Of a stretch of DNA of 11,595 nucleotides, positions 7,731-11,595 are shown one piece after another. The stretch is from a virus. Its lineage: Duplodnaviria; Heunggongvirae; Uroviricota; Caudoviricetes. The translations under genes and the position numbers were made by a program. The stretch covers positions 1 through 11,595 of IMG/VR virus record IMGVR_UViG_2698536392_000001, one strand, 5' to 3'. The first letter of the stretch is position 1, and every line of letters begins with the position of its first letter. The notes below the pieces were generated by a model. The model had not been told where the DNA came from. It saw only the letters and a list, made by a program, of their open reading frames with translations, and made no database searches.

Positions 7731-7913
7731 ATGCGAAAGTTCAAAATAATTATTGAAACGGGAATAGCTGGTGGAGATTTTGAGGATGTATTCGAAGTGG
7801 ACGATGACGCAACACCTGATGAAATTCATGACGAAGCAAAAGAAATTTTCTTTAACTACTGCAATTACTCATATCACGAAATAAAAGACGAAGAGGAAGA
7901 ACAAAATGGCTGA
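7731..7913 (+). CDS. Small highly acidic protein (60 aa), function unknown
   Basis: MRKFKIIIETGIAGGDFEDVFEVDDDATPDEIHDEAKEIFFNYCNYSYHEIKDEEEEQNG has about 20 of 60 residues D/E. Preceded by an AT-rich leader and hairpins; its 3' end overlaps the next ORF. Confidence 0.5.
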   Translation: MRKFKIIIETGIAGGDFEDVFEVDDDATPDEIHDEAKEIFFNYCNYSYHEIKDEEEEQNG

Positions 7914-8082
7914 TTTTGGTTCAACTAAATATAACGTCAGTTATGAAGAATGGCATGAATTGTTAATGGACTATGCAGAGTTACGCGGTGGAAGTGCTGC
8001 TGATGCTGAAGCCTGGCGTGATGACTATGAAGCAGGAAAAACTCCGGTCGAAGCATATTGTGATGAGTGGGGCGATGAATGA
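7906..8082 (+). CDS. Small acidic protein (58 aa), function unknown; not in the ORF track (below 60 aa)
   Basis: ATG 7906 with AGGAAG about 8 nt upstream, overlapping the previous stop: MADFGSTKYNVSYEEWHELLMDYAELRGGSAADAEAWRDDYEAGKTPVEAYCDEWGDE. Its stop overlaps the start of the next gene (ATGA-type coupling). Confidence 0.5.
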   Translation: MADFGSTKYNVSYEEWHELLMDYAELRGGSAADAEAWRDDYEAGKTPVEAYCDEWGDE

Positions 8083-8669
8083 GCGAAATTAATTATCAGG
8101 CGCTACGTGAAAAGGCAGAGAAAGCAACTAAAGGAAGCTACATCGTAGGGCATACATCTGTTAACCAGCACGGCAATTTAACAGGAGTTTTTGTTTGTCA
8201 AAAATGGAAAGGAGAACCCGGTGGCGTGATTGCCGAATGTCACGTTAACTGCCTGGTTGAAACAGATGCTCAGGCTTATGCAAACGCAGAATTCATCGCC
8301 GCAGCCAATCCGGCTACCGTCTTGGCGCTGCTGGATGAACGGGAAAGAAACCAGCAATACATCAAAAGCCGTGATCAGGAGAACGAGGATATTGCGCTAA
8401 CGGTAGGGAAACTGCGTGTTGAGCTTGAGGAAGCAAAATCAAAACTCAACGAGCAACGCGAGTATTACGAGGGAGTAATCGCGGATGGAAGTAAGCGCAT
8501 AGCAGAACTGTCTGCTAGCCACAGCAAATTGCGCGACACAATGGCTGGCATCCACAACACAATCCGAATGGATGGCGGCTATACGCCACTGGCAGCAATC
8601 CTTAACGCTGCTAAACGCGCATATGAAGAATCAGCAAGCGCCGCTGGCATCAAGGAGGAGTCTGAGTGA
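8079..8669 (+). CDS. Ead/Ea22-like family protein, paralog 2 (C-terminal coiled coil)
   Basis: MSEINYQALREKAEKATKGS ... [19 protein letters not shown]; C-terminal heptad-rich segment LTVGKLRVELEEAKSKLNEQREYYE. Confidence 0.6.
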   Translation: MSEINYQALREKAEKATKGSYIVGHTSVNQHGNLTGVFVCQKWKGEPGGVIAECHVNCLVETDAQAYANAEFIAAANPATVLALLDERERNQQYIKSRDQENEDIALTVGKLRVELEEAKSKLNEQREYYEGVIADGSKRIAELSASHSKLRDTMAGIHNTIRMDGGYTPLAAILNAAKRAYEESASAAGIKEESE

Positions 8670-9160
8670 TGGTCATTTCACCTATAACGCTGAAAGCGGC
8701 GCAGGAATTTATCGCACAGCACCACCGACACAATAAACCACCAGTGGGGCATAAATTCAGCATTGGTCTGAGAAATAATGCCGGAGAATTGATAGGTGTG
8801 GCGACAGCTGGTCGACCTGTTGCACGACATTTGGACGATGGATTAACGCTTGAAGTAAATCGCACATGTACCACAGGAGAACGCAACGCTAACAGCGCGC
8901 TTTATGGTGCTGTCTGGCGGGCAGCAAAAGCTATGGGTTATCAACGTTGTATTACGTACACCCAGGCAGATGAATCAGGAGCATCTCTTCGCGCAGCTGG
9001 TTTTGTTCGTGTGAAAGAGCTTCCTCCAAGAAAAAGCTGGGCGGAATCAAGCGTCGCCCTGCGGAGTAAACGCGATCCGGTCGGAAACGGTGGTATTCCT
9101 CGTGTGCTCTGGGAAATCAGGAGAATGAGTACCGCTGGCATTCGCATCAAAGGAGAGTGA
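8669..9160 (+). CDS. Hypothetical protein, possibly a minimal GNAT-like acyltransferase fold (weak)
   Basis: ATG 8669 (or GTG 8666) after AAGGAGGAG. The C-terminal half GYQRCITYTQADESGASLRAAGFVRV resembles the GNAT motif-B pattern; the N-terminus has QHHRHNKPPVGH. I could not place it in a family with confidence. Confidence 0.4.
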   Translation: MVISPITLKAAQEFIAQHHRHNKPPVGHKFSIGLRNNAGELIGVATAGRPVARHLDDGLTLEVNRTCTTGERNANSALYGAVWRAAKAMGYQRCITYTQADESGASLRAAGFVRVKELPPRKSWAESSVALRSKRDPVGNGGIPRVLWEIRRMSTAGIRIKGE

Positions 9161-9161
9161 T

Positions 9162-9806
9162 ATGAGCGCTATAACCAAAGAACGTATCAAATTATTCATT
9201 AAAAATCCGCTTGATAACGGACTTACTCGTGGCGAACAAATGGAACTGGCACGAATTGCACTGGCATCACTGGAACGCGAACAGATTCGCCACGAGCATG
9301 CCAAATGGTCTGACTCCACATTTGGCTGCGTTGGCCCCATTGGTCCGCTGAAACATCTCTCAAAAGAGGCACTGGAAGCCGCAGCCGAACCAGACGATCT
9401 TGGCGAGTGGGCTGATATGCAGTTTCTGTTGTGGGATGCACAGCGCCGTGCTGGCATCAGCGATGCTGAAATTACCGCTGCTATGGAAGATAAATTGAAG
9501 ATCAACATGAAGCGCCAGTGGCCTGAACCAAAAGATGGTGAGCCTCGCTTGCACATTAAAGAACCCGGCAACTCTCCGGTAACTCCGGATGGTTGGATAA
9601 GCTGTAGTGATCGAATGCCTGAAAAGGGCCAGAACGTGCTTATTTCGGTGAATTTCGATAGCTCTCTGGTTGAACCGCTAATATGCTCTGCACGCTATAC
9701 CGGAAGCACATTCCGGCGAGGAGATGCAACGATTAAGCCGGGTAATGGTATTGAGCAGGCAACTCACTGGATGAAATTACCGGAACCGCCGCAGGAGGTG
9801 AGCTGA
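9162..9806 (+). CDS. MazG-like all-alpha NTP pyrophosphohydrolase domain (DUF550-like) fused to a C-terminal DUF551-like domain
   Basis: N-terminal LKHLSKEALEAAAEPDDLGEWADMQFLLWDAQRRAGISDAEITAAMEDKLKINMKRQW fits the MazG/HisE-type EExxE ... ExxD ... K.x.N.xR pattern. C-terminal WISCSDRMPEKGQNVLI ... ATHWMKLPEPP resembles the DUF551 signature (recollection). AGGAGA ribosome-binding site 6 nt upstream. Confidence 0.6.
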   Translation: MSAITKERIKLFIKNPLDNGLTRGEQMELARIALASLEREQIRHEHAKWSDSTFGCVGPIGPLKHLSKEALEAAAEPDDLGEWADMQFLLWDAQRRAGISDAEITAAMEDKLKINMKRQWPEPKDGEPRLHIKEPGNSPVTPDGWISCSDRMPEKGQNVLISVNFDSSLVEPLICSARYTGSTFRRGDATIKPGNGIEQATHWMKLPEPPQEVS

Positions 9807-10201
9807 TGGAAAATGAAGGCGATAATATCATCACACTGGTGCAGCCAAAGCGCGATGAAGAGAAGCTGCTGAACATTACAGTAACTGGCAGAAAAAACTA
9901 CACACAACAGAGCTGTAAGCATCGGGCCATTGAGGTTCATGAACAGGATCGCGTTATCCTGTGCTTGCAGTGCGGATGTGTTGTGGACCCTTTTCAGTAT
10001 GTTCTGCGGTGTGCGAACGATGGTGAGGCTGTGGTGAGAGAGATTAGACAGCTTCATAACAGACGCGATCAGCTCCGCGAATCTGTTGCCAGCCTCGAGC
10101 GTGAAGAAAAGAACACCAAAGCACGGTTGCGGGCAGCAAGAACTGCAATACTGTATGCGGAAAATGACCTTAAAAATATTGAGCAGAAGGTGAATCAATG
10201 A
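9806..10201 (+). CDS. Hypothetical protein with a Cys/His zinc-ribbon-like motif and C-terminal coiled coil
   Basis: SCKHRAIEVHEQDRVILCLQCGCVVDP, then a heptad-rich helix REIRQLHNRRDQLRESVASLEREEKNTKARLRAARTAILYAENDLKNIEQK. AGGAGG 7 nt upstream; start overlaps the previous stop. Confidence 0.55.
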   Translation: MENEGDNIITLVQPKRDEEKLLNITVTGRKNYTQQSCKHRAIEVHEQDRVILCLQCGCVVDPFQYVLRCANDGEAVVREIRQLHNRRDQLRESVASLEREEKNTKARLRAARTAILYAENDLKNIEQKVNQ

Positions 10202-10275
10202 CCTGGCCTGAAGCATTCACAACGGTAGGAATCGCGGTGGCGCTGGTGGTGTATTCGATTTGCCGCTGGGGATAA
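10198..10275 (+). CDS. Putative 25-aa single-pass hydrophobic peptide, translationally coupled to the upstream ORF
   Basis: ATGA overlap with the upstream stop; MTWPEAFTTVGIAVALVVYSICRWG has an 11-residue hydrophobic core; AAGGTGA 4-5 nt upstream. Below the ORF-track size cut-off. Confidence 0.35.
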   Translation: MTWPEAFTTVGIAVALVVYSICRWG

Positions 10276-10282
10276 AAACGGT

Positions 10283-10310
10283 TTGCGGGAAAAGGAGAGT
10301 TAAGTAGAAT
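10283..10310 (+). promoter_or_regulatory. Candidate promoter of the hok mRNA
   Basis: TTGCGG (10283-10288), 16-bp spacer, TAGAAT (10305-10310). The predicted 5' end near 10318-10321 starts GCTTGAGGCTATCTGCCTCAGG, which resembles the hok mRNA 5' element of plasmid R1 as I recall it. Confidence 0.45.
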
Positions 10311-10369
10311 TGCAGCGGGTGCTTGAGGCTATCTGCCTCAGGCATGATCACCAAAAGGCAGATAGAGAA

Positions 10370-10437
10370 AAGCCCCAGTTAACATTACGCGTCCTGCAAG
10401 ACGCTTAACATTAATCTGAGGCCATATCTATGCGACA
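10370..10437 (-). ncRNA. Candidate Sok-like antisense RNA (approximate extent)
   Basis: Minus-strand promoter: -35 TTGACC (plus 10472-10467), 18-bp spacer, -10 TAATCT (plus 10448-10443). The predicted start near 10436 gives a transcript antisense to the mok-like start region. I could not define the 3' end or terminator by eye. Confidence 0.3.
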
Positions 10438-10489
10438 CATAGAGATTAGCCTCTTACGGACCGAAAGGTCAAGGAGAAGCAGGCTATGA
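10430..10489 (+). CDS. mok-like upstream ORF (19 codons) whose stop overlaps the hok start codon
   Basis: ATG 10430 with GAGG 8 nt upstream; its UGA stop overlaps the hok AUG (cuAUGAag), a geometry consistent with coupled translation as in hok/mok systems. Confidence 0.45.
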   Translation: MRHIEISLLRTERSRRSRL

Positions 10490-10641
10490 AGCAGCAAAAG
10501 GCGATGTTAATCGCCCTGATCGTCATCTGTTTAACCGTCATAGTGACGGCACTGGTAACGAGGAAAGACCTCTGCGAGGTACGAATCCGAACCGGCCAGA
10601 CGGAGGTCGCTGTCTTCACAGCTTACGAATCTGAGGAGTAA
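10486..10641 (+). CDS. hokD: Hok/Gef-family type I toxin (51 aa), closest to HokD/RelF in my recollection
   Basis: MKQQKAMLIALIVICLTVIVTALVTRKDLCEVRIRTGQTEVAVFTAYESEE: N-terminal transmembrane helix plus the conserved C-terminal Hok motif. AAGGAG ribosome-binding site 9 nt upstream. Below the ORF-track cut-off. Confidence 0.85.
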   Translation: MKQQKAMLIALIVICLTVIVTALVTRKDLCEVRIRTGQTEVAVFTAYESEE

Positions 10642-10709
10642 GAGACCAGGCGGGGGAGAAATCCCTCGCCACCTCTCATGTGTCAGGCATCCTCAACGCA
10701 CCCGCACTA

Positions 10710-10732
10710 AACCCGCTTCGGCGGGTTTTTTG
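10710..10732 (+). terminator. Rho-independent terminator of the hok transcript
   Basis: AACCCGC-ttcg-GCGGGTT followed by TTTTTT, about 70 nt after the hok stop. Gives a transcript of roughly 415 nt from the candidate promoter. Confidence 0.8.
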
Positions 10733-10877
10733 TTGCGCGCTGAATGCGCAGGGTGAAAAATAACCATATATTTGATTATATACACAACAAAAAATAAAAG
10801 TCATTGCACCTGCACATTAAACAATCAAATATACGACGTGAAATAAATATTTTTCAGATTAATATTTTTGTCTCTAT

Positions 10878-11129
10878 GTGAATATAACCGTTTGTACTTA
10901 TAAACCTGGAGGCATCGTGGAAAAAATAAAAAAACTATTTAGTAGCAAATACGCAGTCATACGTCGTGATGACCTGTCAGTTATAGTCGAAATGGATTAC
11001 TTCCCTGAAACCCCAAAATCAATGATGTATCGTAATGGTCGAAAGGCAATTTTTTTACCGATGAGGGTAAGTGACATTATGGGAAATGATAAACTGCTGG
11101 ATGAATTGCGAGTCAGAGCATCCTGTTAG
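10878..11129 (+). CDS. Rem-like small protein (83-aa ORF; in-frame GTG at 10917 after GGAGG is an alternative start)
   Basis: The 83-aa length and the position downstream of hokD and upstream of a ydfU-like gene match the hokD-rem-ydfU order of the Qin prophage as I recall it. Preceded by a roughly 170-bp AT-rich region. Confidence 0.45.
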   Translation: MNITVCTYKPGGIVEKIKKLFSSKYAVIRRDDLSVIVEMDYFPETPKSMMYRNGRKAIFLPMRVSDIMGNDKLLDELRVRASC

Positions 11130-11200
11130 TATTGGCATTAATTCTGTTATACTACATAACGGGCTGAACACCCATTCTACTGCGCCAGCGGAGAACTACG

Positions 11201-11595
11201 ATGGCGCATATACAACTGGTCAAACAAACCTCTTCCGGATTACTTCTCCCGGCGACGCCGGAGAGTTGCGATTTTTTGCATCAAATCAAAATAGGTGAGT
11301 GGATACACGCGGACTTTAAGCGAGTGCGTAACTACGCGTTCCACAAGCGTTTTTTCAAACTCCTGCAACTGGGATTCGATTACTGGACTCCGGTCGGTGG
11401 GGCGATCACGCCTCGCGAACGAAAACTGGTATCAGGCTTCGTTGATTACCTGTGCGAATCAGTAGGTCGGGAACACACTCCAGCCCTGAGTGATGCCGCA
11501 GAGCAATACCTTAATACAGTTGCGACATGCAGAACCCGGGATACGGCATTGCTAAAGTCGTTTGACGCTTTCCGCGAGTGGGTAACCATTCAGGC
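11201..11595 (+). CDS. Hypothetical phage protein (YdfU-like position), 5' part only; runs off the window end
   Basis: ATG 11201 with GGAG 8 nt upstream; open frame to the window end: MAHIQLVKQTSSGLLLPATPESCDFLHQIKIGEWIHADFKRVRNYAFHKRFFKLLQLGFDYWTPVGGAITPRERKLVSGFVDYLCESVGREHTPALSDAAEQYLNTVATCRTRDTALLKSFDAFREWVTIQ. Confidence 0.5.
   Translation, partial: MAHIQLVKQTSSGLLLPATPESCDFLHQIKIGEWIHADFKRVRNYAFHKRFFKLLQLGFDYWTPVGGAITPRERKLVSGFVDYLCESVGREHTPALSDAAEQYLNTVATCRTRDTALLKSFDAFREWVTIQ

Larger units (their letters stand above)
1..11595. mobile_element. Internal segment of a lambdoid (Rac-like) prophage: recombination/kil genes, immunity region, replication module, nin-like accessory region
   Basis: Canonical lambdoid early-region layout: leftward recE-racC-ydaE-kilR, XRE repressor divergent from a Cro-like gene, O-like and DnaC-like replication genes, Ead/Ea22-like genes, hok, rem-like. 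Neither prophage end (att/int) is in the window. Confidence 0.85.

Noticed and set aside
6811-10216. Track ORFs 6811..7035(+), 6846..7091(-), 7414..7605(-), 8650..8886(-), 8941..9150(-), 9047..9571(-), 9223..9441(-), 9360..9554(-) and 9764..10216(-)
   Set aside because: All lie inside or antisense to the coupled plus-strand operon genes; none has a start context as good as the sense genes.
10740-10916. AT-rich region upstream of the rem-like gene considered as a defined promoter or attachment site
   Set aside because: Several -10-like hexamers but no unambiguous -35/-10 pair with correct spacing, and no flanking direct repeats or integrase gene to support an att site.
11071-11298. Plus-strand 75-aa ORF bridging the rem-like and ydfU-like genes
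   Set aside because: Overlaps the 3' end of the rem-like gene and the start of the better-supported ydfU-like frame, which has GGAG 8 nt upstream of its ATG.
1-11595. Search for CRISPR arrays, tRNA or rRNA genes, and IS elements or terminal inverted repeats
   Set aside because: No regularly spaced direct repeats with unique spacers, no cloverleaf-compatible segments with conserved tRNA features, and no transposase-like ORFs were seen.

Overview
This window is an early-region segment of a lambdoid, Rac-like enterobacterial prophage (most likely Escherichia coli; this rests on gene order and on protein sequences recalled from memory, not on a database search). From left to right it carries: a leftward recombination/kil operon (N-terminal part of recE, racC-like with an apparent homopolymer frameshift, ydaE-like, kilR-like, a small ORF); an immunity switch (XRE-type repressor divergent from a Cro-like gene and a ydaT-like gene, with repeated operator-like palindromes); a replication module (O-like initiator with GTAACGC/GCGTTAC iterons inside and upstream of its gene, then a DnaC-like helicase loader); a nine-ORF, translationally coupled accessory operon of largely unknown function; a complete-looking hok/mok/sok-type type I toxin-antitoxin locus; and rem-like and ydfU-like genes running off the right edge. 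I saw no rRNA, tRNA, CRISPR array or IS element. The parts most worth follow-up are the accessory operon at 6351-10275 (especially the small acidic-protein cassette between two Ead/Ea22-like paralogs and the MazG-like/DUF551-like fusion), the hok locus, the iteron cluster and the paired operators flanking the repressor gene. All functional calls are from reading the sequence and recalled family signatures; nothing was searched or folded computationally.
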